Source: Bugula neritina
Taxonomy: Eukaryota > Animalia > Bryozoa
Assembly: GCA_964035545.1 (NCBI GenBank)
Contig: OZ037767.1
Coordinates: 24,568,628-24,632,627 of the forward strand
Reading direction: 5' to 3'
DNA length: 64,000 nucleotides
Position 1 is the first letter of the stretch. Each line of letters opens with the position of its first letter. The notes under the pieces are model-generated. The model saw only the letters and a program-made list of their open reading frames with translations, did not search any database and was not told where the DNA came from. The position numbers and the translations under genes were made by a program. Positions 42,334 through 55,800 of this stretch are shown in pieces.

Positions 42334-43589
42334 CTGCTCAATAATAACAAGCCAAAATTCAGTGTGTTGCTTTTTACGTTCTGTCATGTAGTAACGAAAT
42401 TGATTGTTAAGAGTTGTGGTATTCTAGAATGTAATATTTGAATAAATTGGAGTAGCTACGAGGTATTTTGTATTCTAGTTCACAAGTAAAATTATTTTTA
42501 AAATATGTATAATATATTTTATTTAATAAATATTTTGAAGGAAACTTAAATCGAACAATAATATAAAAAATGATGATTCAATTGATTACCTCAAAATTAT
42601 TTTTTCAGTCCTTCCTCCATTTTTGGGCTAATTTCAGTAGTGACAGTTGCATACATGATAGCTGAGTAATTTAGTTGTCAATAGAAATTTCAATTAGTGT
42701 ATTTTGTATACAACCCAATGAGTTAACAACAAATGAACTGTTAATATTTTAATACATGTGATTTAAAATCTACTTGACCCAACTTAACTAACTAATAAAG
42801 CTTCAATAATGTCACAAACAAAGTTTCTAAATAATTATATGCTGAATTTACTTCCCTCTTAAAGCTACCTATGTAAAAGTTTTAATATAGATTATACCTG
42901 GAAAATTTTTGTTTGAGTTTTATCAGTCCAGCTACATGTATTTAATAGACTGCTGATTAGTTTTTTTTAATTAAAAGGATTTTTAAATAGATTTGAATGT
43001 CACCTGTAGTGAGTTTATAGGTTAATTATATTACAAGGTAAAAAAAGTACTTTTGCTGCTTGCTGTGTAATGCATGGAGGCCACTAATACGTTTTGTATA
43101 CATGTCTCTTGTCTTCTCGCATACTACCTGAAATGTGATAGACAACTCTTACCGTGAAAACCTGATGGCCCGATTCATTCTTTTATAACCAATAAACTGT
43201 CACCTTTGGAAAATGCATTAGAAGTAGTCGTGTTACATCCGACTTAAAGCGTTAATTACCCTGAAGTTTTGTAGGCAACACGCATCATGCCATAATTAGC
43301 AAAATCTTTGTGCAGCATACGAGACGCTATAGAGTACCCCGTAGGTGCATGAGATTTTAGTTTATTACCATGGATTGATAAAAATAAAAATTGGAAAATA
43401 ATGTTTGAATGACTCGTGCTAGTACTACTAGTACAAGCAATATTTTTAGAAGTTTATAACTTATTAACTATACCAAACTTGCACAGATTCAAGTAATTTT
43501 TGACATATTCTTCACAAAGGTGTATTGCTGATAAATAGTAGCAGGTGTTTAATTTTATTCTTAGCAGACTTCAAATTTGATTTAAATTT

Positions 43590-43800
43590 AATAATAATAT
43601 AATAATAATTAAAATTTTAATTGATAATACTAATACTAATAGTAATACTAATAGTAATAGTAATAGATATAATAAATTGAAATACAATAGTAATTTAAAT
43701 CTTTGTAATTGTTATTGTACTTAATCTTATAGTTTTAGATTTTTGATAATATTATTATCAATATGAATATGATATTGATAATAATTATAATAATTGATAA
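43590..43800. repeat. Degenerate AT-rich tri/hexanucleotide low-complexity tract
   Basis: aataat/aatact/aatagt/aatatg units. Confidence 0.7.
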
Positions 43801-46800
43801 TTTCAAGCTGTCTAACTCTATGCTTACTGTTTATTAAATTGTCATCAGTGTGATTGTGAATGCTCACACCGATCGAATTATACTAGTAGTCATAGTGATA
43901 ATAAATAAAATGTAATGTTATATCTAGTTCTACTCAACAATCGCTGTGTCTATTTCTGGTTGTAAAAAGCTGTAAGTGTAAGCGTATTTTTAGTTAATAA
44001 ATTATTGTTTTTTCTTTGAGTGAAGAAAATATACGACCATGACCTTTTATTAATTTTGATTATGGGTTGGGTATAACATCACACTAAAATTATACAAGCA
44101 TGCTTGGTGCATCAAATAGTAATATCATCACAGAACTCAATCTTAAGCATGGTGGCAGAACTAAGTACAACTGCTTGTGCCAATAAACTATTTCAACTGT
44201 TGATAAATGAACAGTTGCATTTTGTGATTAATCTTGCACTAGATGGATAAACTTGTTTCAATAAATAAAAAATAAAATTATTGCAGATAACCTTTCTTAA
44301 GCTTCATAGCTATATTAATTGATGTAATCATATTCATTGTCTTAATGTAAAAATGAAAAACCACTTTTGAAAAAATATAGTGTTATTGATCTTTTCAAAT
44401 TCTCTAAACTGCAAAATTTAGTTTGATTGTTGATAAAGTAATAGTATGATAAAAAATAAAAATGGCTTGCAACCAGCTAAATTATTGTAAACTGATTTAA
44501 TTAATTATTCGGCCATCATATTATAATATTATTTTGACATCAAAGTTTTCCCACAAGACAGCTAGCATTCTTAAACATTTTGCTTATGATCTTAAATGTC
44601 AGATTTGTGCTGGGTATCAAGTTTGATTTAATATTTCGCTTATAACTGTGTACTCTATGCAAAAGAGAAGGCCTCACATAATGGTTTGAGTAAATCAAGA
44701 GTGATAAGATGTTTTGTATGCTGATCTTGAACGAATTAGATTCCTAATGGTTTTAATTTAAAGCAAAATATCTTGCCACTAATCTTCACTTGGACAATAC
44801 GTTCTTCTATAATTTTCCTTATACATTTTCTATAGTCACCAAAACAAAGAATTTCAAATAAAAACTTTAGAAAGTTTACAATTTAAACATTTGTAATTTC
44901 CTTCTAATAATGCTTCTACCCAACTATTAACTTGTGTTTACCCTACTTGTGAGGTGACTGGTGTCAACTAAAATGTTAAAACTTAAAAATCAGATGAAGT
45001 TTACACCACTGAAATGGTAACCGTGTATTATGTAAAAAGTGAACACCTTTAGCACATATAATTTCTTGGGGCGTCACGACATAGCAAATTAAAAATAGTG
45101 TGAATATCATAATTTTCTGTGATATAGTGTTATTTTGCTTGTGTTACGTAACCTCACTATCACACATCTACCAAGGCTAATATTAATAGTGCACCCTTAT
45201 TGTTTTCTAAATTCATGGTTATAGCGCTATAAAGTCTGAAAAATATATTTGGGTCTATGTTGGTCTAAAGTAGTTCAAACTCATTCAAAGTATTCTTTGG
45301 AAACTCTATAAAAAATTTCCACGTTTTCCATGCAACTGTTTGTATTTTCAACACTTTTTGGGAGTTGTTAAAGTTTAAACATATTGTTTTGTTATTATTC
45401 TAGTATTGGACTTACCCAGTGTTTGTCAGCGGATGTTCTCTAATCTAGATCAAAAAGTGACGCACCCAGAGACTAGCTAATAAATAGAGGCAACTAAACC
45501 AGCCTGCTGATAAGAATTCTACGTTAGCAGGTAAGCTAATGGATAGTAAACCTATTTTGGACTATATATATAATTTTAAACAACTTTGAAAGTCATTGTG
45601 TTATCAGATTTTTCTGCGACAGTAAAATGTGGGAAAAGTTAAACGGTCTGAGAAAAACAACTATGTTAGGTAGAACAACCAAACATTGTAAAATCGGTTT
45701 GTTTTTTAAACTTCCATCCGATTAGCCTTTTAAAAGCACTTCCGATTGTCTACTTGTGATGTGATTTATAATTATGGAAACATGCCAAGAAGACAAGCTT
45801 GATAGAATATGAAGCTCCAGTTAGTACTATAGTCTGCAAGTACGAGTGTAGCACAAAGGCCTGTAGGGTACAGCGCTCCTTGCCAAATGCTACTCAACTT
45901 GAAAAGCATTTTTAAAGACTAGAGATAAAAAAGTTCTAGCGCAGTCATCTGATTTCAGCTTGCTAACTCCTTATTCCGATATATGATCTTGCTTTAATGA
46001 GTCACATTTTCATCAATTACTATAATATTGATATGGTTTATAATGTTTTGAATTACAAGATAGATTTTGTGCTTATTTAAAATAAATTCTCTGTAGTAAT
46101 TTAGTGTAACATTATTTCATATTTCCAAGTGTGAGTGATAGTTGCTTAGTTTGTTTTGTCAGAGCTAATCACAATCACAAGCAATGTAACATCTATTCTC
46201 TGGTTTTGTAACTTACTGATAGCCGCGAATAGACTGGTTTGTGTATTCATTGGCTCTCAAAGCTTGCAAAAGTTTGAAGGGCAATTAATGGGACCAATAG
46301 CACACGTGCAGCTATTGCACGTTGATAGTTCGCACAAGCCTCGATTGTCAACTGTGGGCTAGATTGAAATATGCCTGGCTTAATACCGAAGCACATTGTA
46401 GCGTGCCCAGTTTTAGACTAAAAACCAAACACAGACATTAGTTCATTCACCAAGAGAACTTTTGATCAGGTATTCTAGGCTAAAAATATCGAAATGTAAA
46501 CCAGCTCGCATTGCATCATCATTTTGTGCTGTCTGATGCAATGTCTGCCACAGTGTGGTTGAAGCTTGACATTGAGTGATTATGTTCCATCTTCAACATG
46601 GGTGGTGTCATGTCTACTTCTTTGTACGATATACATCAACTTACATGCTTATTCTTACGTTGAAAAGGTCAACTTTCAATGTCTGAGTAAGATCTTGCTA
46701 CTTGGCCCTCGTACCTTGTTGATAACATTCTGTTGGATTTGCATTAAAGTAGCTGCCGATAAGCTGTTGGTAGCCCACATCTGGGATCTGGTGATAATCT

Positions 46801-46985
46801 ATAGCAAGGAGGCTGTCTACTCACTAAACAAGTAGAAACTTGATTGAAACTCCTTGCACACTAACGTTCATTTATGTGATCACAACAGTTCATTCATATG
46901 TGTGAGCCACACAAATATCGTTGAGCATTTTCTTCATCTATTAGCATTGCCTCCTCTTTTTTCCTAGCTCCCCTCAGTCACTTTC

Positions 46986-47588
46986 ATGGCTAATTGTACA
47001 GACAAGTCATGTGATAAACTGGCCAGAGACATTTTCTGTGACTTCTTGACCATTGCCATTCATGGTCTGCTCCACAGTTGCCAAGTCTACCCAGCAGGTG
47101 TGTTCAAGTTGAGAAGAAAGTTTAACCTGCCCGTACATGTCTGCTATCACCCGGATGTATTTTCATATATCACCCAACTTGTGGACGGTGTTGCTGACAT
47201 ATTAAAAAACCGTAAGCTTCACGCTGTGCATTTTATTACTGGGGCAACTGAGCGTGATTGGGAACGGGTAACTATTAAGTTGCATGCATTTGGGTTTGTC
47301 ACTCACTCCCAGTTACCTGATCTAGAAGATAGTCTAAAGAACTGTCTGCTTAAGCTTTCCATTATTGAGACTTATCTCCCTCCACGTACTGCTGGTGATG
47401 TTACTTGGAGAGTGGAGATTGATGCAGAAGACGCGGAAATGAATTGTAACCATGCTTCTGATTGGATGCGCACAGACCAGACCAGCCAATCAGAGAAAAG
47501 AGCAAGTAACATTGGGAAACTGATCCCTCTAAAAACTTCAGTTACAGAATATATGAAGTTGGAAATAGTAGCTGCCAAGTTAATTTAA
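46986..47588 (+). CDS. MAD2L2: MAD2L2/REV7 HORMA-domain protein, intronless CDS
   Basis: DIFCDFLTIAIHGLL...VYPAGVF..RRKFNLPV..CYHPDV..YI, LEDSLKNCLLKLS, LIPLKTS..MKLEIV are REV7-type HORMA motifs; 200 aa. Splice acceptor just upstream of the ATG; AATAAA at ~47676 and ~47701. Confidence 0.92.
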   Translation: MANCTDKSCDKLARDIFCDFLTIAIHGLLHSCQVYPAGVFKLRRKFNLPVHVCYHPDVFSYITQLVDGVADILKNRKLHAVHFITGATERDWERVTIKLHAFGFVTHSQLPDLEDSLKNCLLKLSIIETYLPPRTAGDVTWRVEIDAEDAEMNCNHASDWMRTDQTSQSEKRASNIGKLIPLKTSVTEYMKLEIVAAKLI

Positions 47589-48680
47589 CTAGATGGGAGT
47601 TCAGTTTGAGTTCATTGTTCTGTATTTTGTGTTGTGTTATTTGTTATATTTGGTTTAATTTTTTGCTAAAGGCTAAATAAATGAAATCATAGCCGGCTAT
47701 AATAAATAGTTTTCATATGAGCTCTGAATATAGAATTGATTAGGATTTTTTAAACTGCATTGTTTATTAAAGTTCTTCAATAAAGTTCTTAACTAATAGT
47801 GTCATCAGTTTGTGAAATTGTCCGTACTACTACCACTACGAGTACTACTACTGAGCAAATGAATCATACAGCTATTTACTATAGTTATTATAGTAGTAAA
47901 ATATGTTGTCTGTGATTGTTAATCATATCCTACTTGATATTGCCATCATGCCATACCTACATAGCCCGGCTTTTCATCATGCGATAACTGTTGGATGGCA
48001 TGATATTTGTTACACATGAGTAGATTGTATACAAGCTTTTCTGAAATTCTATGAATGCATGTGATAATTACCCTACTCGACATTACCAACAGTGAACTAG
48101 CATCATTGTAATCAATGCATTGCTCTATTGTTCTTGTGGTTTTGACCCCATGTGTTAGAGCTTGGTGAAATACATATTCAAGTTATTAGTGATTATGTTA
48201 GGGTGTAACAGTACTATACAGTTTTAAATTGTACTTGACTATCGGGAAAGTTTGTAAATTGAATATTTGACGTTTTTCAGCGTTTTTAGTTGAGCTTCAT
48301 TAGTGTGAAAATTGCTATTTAGTATGGCAGAGCTTGGCTCTGTTTATTTTTACTTTGATATATAAATTTTGTCTTTGGTTATTGGTCTTCCTAGGTTGTG
48401 ACTCTAGTTCATGCCCATTGATTGCTCTAGGTATAATTATTGATCTTGAAGAATTTAAATGTGATCTTGTGAAGCAGTTGTGTAAGGCAATTTAGTACAT
48501 TCAATACTCAAATTAATTTGCTTTGAAAATGTTTTCATGGGTATATGAAAAATACTTCTTTGTATTTTAAAAATAATATAAGCGTCCGTAATATTATTTT
48601 ATATTTACTGTAACTAGTAGAGCTGAAAATTCTATTATTTATAGTGTATACAAATTGCTAAGCATTGTTATTTCATTTGA

Positions 48681-48970
48681 CCAATAGGAAGCCGTTTAGG
48701 TTAATAGTAAGAATTATCATTCACGGAGATCATAGCATTCTCACGTGGAGTTCCCCTTCGTGAACTTTCACCCCCATATTGAGGCCATTCTTTTATCAAT
48801 GTGAACCTCAAGTTGCAGTTTATTCTATCTCGAACTTCTTGGATAATAGGGTGCTATTTTAATCTTTGACTATTAATCTTACACAATTTAAATGATTATG
48901 AATAAGTGTAAGTAATTAAAATAATACTAATGCAGGACACAGAGACTGAAATGATTGGTAGTTGCAACAG
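48681..48970 (+). promoter_or_regulatory. Candidate ACC promoter / non-coding first exon
   Basis: CCAAT (48681), TCACGTG E-box (48741), SRE-like TCACCCCCAT (48768), donor CAG|gtatgt at 48970/48971; motif evidence only. Confidence 0.35.
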
Positions 48971-49848
48971 GTATGTAGATTATTTATTAAAAGCTTCAAG
49001 TTAAAATATTAACTTCATATAACATAAGTGATGAATGTAGATTGGTGAGTGTGTGTGCAGTGTTGAGAAGCTCCAAAATTCTACTGAACTTCAAGCACCG
49101 CTTAGTATCAGTATGCAGTTACCAGGAAAAATATACTCTATCTTTTAGTAGATGAATTTTCCACCAAATTTGATCAGCTTGTTTGTCAGCCTAAAGCTGA
49201 TAATGCATTTCTCAGTTACACCAATATCCTCAACTTTTCTACTTTCAACGATTAGTTATTGGAATTAAGTTTGAAAAAACCAAATCTAAAAAAACAGTGT
49301 TGGTCCACATTGAGTTTTACTAACTTGTCAGCAAAATAGTATATAAATATAATAGTAGTCAGCCTCGAATTAATTACAGTAGAGTTAGAGAGAACTATTC
49401 TGCAGCATTATTTTACTTCCCAAAGATACTCATTCATAACCATGGTGTTTGTATTTGCATAGTAACGGTGTGGTGTGATGCTGCATTTGATATGCTCAGA
49501 GTTGAGTTTTTTATGTTGCAAAATATACTGGGTTAAGCATACTCATACTGGGTATAAATATGTTGGTTTTTACTGTTGGACTTCATTCAAACATATATAG
49601 TGGAGACTCTTAGACAGTTTTTAATTGTAAGTTTTTAAATGTTGCATCTTCTTGTCTTGGAACAGAATGATATGAACAGAGAGCAGACACTCTCTGAAAA
49701 CTGCATCTCTATTTATCGCCACTACTTTCTTGAATATTTTACTTGTATTTTTTCCTCTTTCTTCTCAGGTGGTAGCCATTCAGTTGCAGTGTATCTGTAT
49801 ATGTCTGCTCGCGTATTTGAAGTTTAATATTTGGGTGCCTATTGCAGG

Positions 49849-52800
49849 ATGGATGACATGGAGTTTACGGAGCCAAACCAGCGTCTACTATCCAGACTGG
49901 GCAGCAACACCAGTACCAACAGCAGCAGTAACTCCTCTGACTCACTCAATGATCATATTGATTCCAGTCCAAATCAGGATCATCCAAATGGCATTCTTCC
50001 TTTTTCCAGAAAGTTCTCTCGATCACTTAGGTAAAAATAGGTTATACTTGATAGTTACTAATATATGTGCTCTTACATAAAAAGAGATTTCATTGCGACT
50101 TATCAACATTTAATTTCTGAAAATATATATTCAAAATTTATGCAGCTACTGATTTCAAAATATGCAAATCATTGCTTAATCGGATTACTGGTTGGCTGTA
50201 TAATTTTTTCCCTTTTCCTACTGGGAAGGCGGAGTTATATGAGTTGAATGTAAAACTATCCTAGAGAAACTGGGTGAGTGACTCTATTGTCAATATCAGG
50301 CCATCAATAGTAGGCACCCTGCAAGTGACACAATAGAGAAGGTGGGGTTTCAGTGTATCTAAGTACATGAGTACCCTGTGCCTAATGGCTAGAATACACC
50401 ACTCTAGATAAGTTCTAGATCTAGCTGGTTATATTTGAACGTTGAGCAGCCCTGGAGCGTTTGTCAACGGCTGCAGTGGTTCAGCAGCCAATAATAACAC
50501 TTTACCATTATGTATTTGCTTACTTGGGATATGCAAAGCCTTTTTATTTTACCAAAGAATACTGCTGTGATATTTGCATAATATTCCAGAAAGATGTGTT
50601 GCATCATATGATCATAGGTAACACAGCCCTAGTTGTGATGCAATAAGCCGAGATTCTTCTATTAAGCTTATCAACTGATGTTCAATGGACAGTTAAGGAA
50701 CTGTTGTGATTTATTGTAGGAGGAATTTTTACTCTAAAGACACGGGTAGACAGAACAGTACTTATTACAATGTGGCCACACCTGAGGAGTTTGTTAAAAA
50801 ATTTGGCGGAGATCAAACAATAAATAAGGTGATTGTTATATATCCACATGATGTATTTTCAAGACAACTCTATGTCCATATGGTACATGTAACGTGTGTA
50901 GATGTGACTGGTACTTACATGTAAGTAGAAGGTGTAAGTAAGTGCTGCTGTATGTCAGGGTGTTTCACTGAAAGAGAATTATTACAAAAGAACGAGTTTG
51001 GGTATCACTCTTGCTCTTATCAAAGATTAGAGTAGATTCCGTGGAGTTTCACCACAGAATACGTATCTTAGCTCAAGGTTCAAGGTGATTGCTCTGCTTA
51101 GATCAACCTATTCAAACAGCTGATACTGATGGTGATTAACTAGAGGCTGCTGCGTGAGCTCACCTACACATGTTTCAGTGACTCGTGGAGTAAAATGTTA
51201 GGATTTTGTGCGATTGTGTTAAGTCAGCCGCTCTTGTAACCACTTTTAGTTTTTGAGAATTCAAAATGTGACTCTATTGGTTTTAAAATCAATAAAAACT
51301 TGCTCTATTAAATTTAAATGTTGTAACATATTATTATTATTATGAATATTGGTATATATCATATTGCGTTTGGTAGTACCCATGTTTGTATATGACACTG
51401 TTAGCCAGCAGTTGAAATTTTGAAGGTTGTATAAGATGCAGATATATTAGTAATTAGAAGCATGCTGAAAATAGCACCTATAGTTACTGATTATTTTTAC
51501 TTATTACTACACTAACCCAAACATGAAAAGGTCAAATCACAGCAGAGTGTAACATTTTCTAGAGAAAAGTTTCATTGGTTTTACAGTTTTCAGAATCAAT
51601 TGTGAACAATATTATTGACAATTGAACAATACATTGAGAACATCATTTGTAAAATATTCCTCTAGTGTCAACGTAGTGTATGTATCTACTCCACGCTCAC
51701 CTTCTGCCCTGTTATTGCCAGGTGCTGATAGCCAACAACGGCATCGCTGCCGTTAAGTGCATGCGCTCCATCAGAAGATGGGCGTACGAGGTGTTCAAAA
51801 ATGAGAAGATGATCAGATTCGTAGCCATGGTAACACCTGAGGATCTGAAGGCTAATGCCGAGTATATTCGGATGGCTGATCAGTACGTCCCCGTCCCTGG
51901 TGGAGCCAACAACAACAACTATGCTAATGTAGAACTGATTTTAGATATAGCCAGGCGAACTCAAGTTCAGGTATCAATGCAGTGCTGATTTAACAGAAAT
52001 TGCTTAGTAATTTTTGCAATACGATGTAATGTAATACAACACAATTTAATACAATTTAAATATAACATACTATTTTTTTTATATAAATTTGCCCTTTCTC
52101 TCAAATTCAACTTTTATGTGTAATATCATGTTCCAGTATTTGTATAAATTAAACATATGATGGAGAGCTATAAGTTTGGTCATATAACTATGTATTATTA
52201 CTTTCTTTCCATGCACTGAAGGCATGCCTCACAATGGTGTTCGTTACTGAAACACACAATGATTGGCTGCTGGGCCATGTTTTTATGACATGACAGACAG
52301 TTTATATTTACGAGTCCCTGTTTTAGACCGAGTGTCTGTTTTAGGCTGTGTGGGCAGGCTGGGGCCACGCCTCTGAGAACCCCAAACTGCCACATCTACT
52401 GCGTAAACATGGGCTAGCGTTCATAGGTCCTCCAGAGCATGCCATGTGGTCCTTAGGAGATAAGATTGCGTCATCTATTGTAGCCCAGACAGCCAACGTC
52501 CCGACGCTGCCTTGGAGTGGCTCAGGTCAGTAGCTACCAAAATTTGAAATAAGATAGGACTAGACAGCACCCCACTGTGAAATAGTTATTCACGAGGGGA
52601 TGGAATTGTTTTTAAGTGAATAATGAGTATTTAAGTTCCTGGCCCTTTCCAGCAACCACCACTATTCACCAAAGTACTAGTTAACAGGGTATTTTATCCA
52701 TTATGGTAATCTACTCATTGCGGTATTAAACATTTTGGTGCACAACTCGATATAAGATGCAGTTTTTTACACAGAAGTTTATGTTTTACGTAAGCAGCAC

Positions 52801-55800
52801 AAAAACTACGTTCATACTCCAGAAATTTTGAAAAAAGGCTGAATCAGCAGATTTTTCATGCTGGCCCAGTCACAGCAATGAGACCAAGCTATGGTCCATG
52901 CTGGAGATGCAGGCATCCAATGTGTGTGGGAATTGTGCAGGTCTGACGGTGGAGTGGGATGAGACGGCAGGAAGTGAGATCACGGTGCCCGATGAAGTCT
53001 ACAAGAAGGGCTGTGTTAGGAATGTGGAAGAAGCAGTGAAGGCAGCAGCGAAAATAGGCTATCCCGTGATGATAAAGGCCAGCGAAGGAGGAGGTGGTAA
53101 AGGCATCAGGAAAGTAGACAACCCTGAGGACTTCAACTCTGTATTCAGACAGGTAATGTCTCCAGATCTCTCGCTCCAGACTCACTCTGTAAACCTCTGC
53201 TAGTATTGAATTTCGCTCTTCATTTAGCAAAATATATTAAAAATACCGTACAGTTGGTATCTTTTAAATTTTGAATAGTTTGATTTTAAATTATATAAAT
53301 TAAGCAATAGTTATTGTGACATCATGTTAAAAATCACCAAGAAAAGCTGAAATCTCTGGGTAACCGCTTGTTGCTCAGTCACATGATGTTCCTGGGGTTC
53401 CACCCTTAGTTGTCATGGCAACACTGTTTGAACCTATCACGTAGAGAGCAGAACATGCTTCAGGGGAAAAATTCACTTTAGATAAAAGTGCGGAGATATT
53501 GTGAGAGAGATGTTGGCAATATTTATTTGACAGTGTTAAAATGACAACTTAGTCTATTGCAATTATCGTGGTTTTTTGTGTGTAATTGGATTTATATCAT
53601 AGTGTATTCCTGGAAAGGTTGCATAGCAACCAGCTATATAAAGTATAAATCTGCAAAGAACATTAGATTTCAATTTGGTGTACAAAAGATAATAAGTGTA
53701 ATGACAAAGCAATTATTAGCTAGCTTTGAAAACCTGACCTGAGAGGAGTGATGGAAAATATTTACACTTGTTTTCAAGGTCTCCAATCACGCTATGACTG
53801 ACTCATTGCAATGCTACTTGTCCTGCTAAAATATGTTAGATTTCACTGTATAATGATATTTAGCATCTTTGGTGTCCTCAAACGAATTTATTCTATTTAG
53901 TCTTGGAATTCATAGGGTGTTGATGATATAAATTTTTCATGAGTTGCGCCTAAGCCTGCAGCTTATTGTCATTAGAGAAAATTCCACCATATACTAATGC
54001 AGAGGTGTGTTGAACTGCTTACTGAATAATGAACAGTATGTATTGCTTATGAAAAGAAGTTGATAAACACCTTCATGATACTTACAGACATTAACATTAG
54101 CAAACTTGCATTTACTCATGTAAACTGTAAAACAATATTTTAAGGAAATGTTAGTAATGGTACAAGCCTGGCTTCAGCATAAGCAGAAGATTTGTGTTTT
54201 GGAATCAAATATTATGATGATAGATAATGGAATACAGTTATAACTTTCAAAACTTTTTAATTTATTAGTAGTTTTCCTATTTCTCAGAAGGGTGTACACT
54301 TCAACTCTATTATAGACAGTGTGGTGACGTTACATAACATATTACATGTTATTCAATTAGAAAAGACAGGTCATGATTATATCATTTTCTTTAGTGAAAT
54401 ACTCAACTTGAGAGCTCACTCAATGTGCAGGGTGTATGTGAAAGGGTGTTGCATTACAATACCAGTCATATGAAGCGCACTCACCATCGGGAATGTGACT
54501 AAGTACTGGTATTCATCTTAAAGTTTAGGCAAGCTTCCAGTTGGCACACATTCATATATCTTATGCGGAGTTGTCATCTCCTCACAGGTACAACTCGAAG
54601 TGCCCGGCTCACCTATATTTATCATGAAAATGGCCAAGAAGGCTCGTCACTTGGAGGTTCAGCTGCTGGCCGACAAGTACGGCAATGCCATCTCTCTGTT
54701 TGGGAGGGACTGCTCCATACAGCGCAGACACCAGAAGATTATAGAGGAGGCTCCTGCAGATATCGCAGACGAAGTTGTTTTTGAGGAGATGGAAAAGGTG
54801 ATCTGCTCTTGCTAATAGCTAACCACGTGTGAACTTTGCTTCAATCAAAATAAAAAAATATTTACTTGATTACTTTAATCAAAAATTTTAGTTTTTCAAT
54901 TAAAGTATTAAAACTCCTCAGTTTTGAGAATACACTGATAAAGATCCCTACAAAGCCTCAATTCGCAATGATGTCTATGGAGGCTCAATTGGCATGTTGT
55001 TGATAATTTCAGTGTGCCGTGAGGCTAGCTAAGATGGTGGGCTATGTGAGTACTGGTACGGTGGAGTATCTCTACGACCCTGAAAAGAATGAGTTCTTTT
55101 TCCTGGAGTTGAATCCCAGGCTACAGGTAGAACATCCTTGTACAGAAATGGTGGCCGACGTCAACCTGCCAGCCGCACAGCTTCAGGTAAGCAGTTTTGG
55201 AGTTGTCTCTGCATGCTAAATGTTGCTAGAAGCAGCCCCGAGTTAGGAGTGACTGAGTGCAGAATTTGTATAGACATCGATCTTCAAACCCCACAGCCAG
55301 TCCCCCAACCAATACACTCAGTGCTGCTTCCAACAACTTGCTACTCACGAGAAACACGAGATCATGTGATAACTTGAGGTGAATCTGTATTTAGCAAATG
55401 AATGCCTATCACTTGGGGTCGATGACCTGGTTTACCAGTCTGAAGTTGTAAGGAATAATGATCTAATACGCTTTGTACAACCCTAAATAGTGGCTCTCAC
55501 TTTTATATAGATTTGTGTATGTATTTTTGTAATTATCATGTGGCCACTGTTGTGTCCACTGGTCTGTTTCTAAGGAGCCACTTTGGTTACGTTTATCTTG
55601 TATAGTAAAGTTAGATGTCTGTGTTGTAGATTGCTATGGGAATACCTCTGCACAGAATTAAAGACATTCGGTTATTGTATAATGCGGACCTGGGTGATAG
55701 CTTCCCCATAGACTTTGACAATGTTGAATTAAAACCTCAGGCTAAAGGTCACGTTATAGCTACAAGAATTACCAGTGAAAATCCCGATGAGGTAAGGTTA

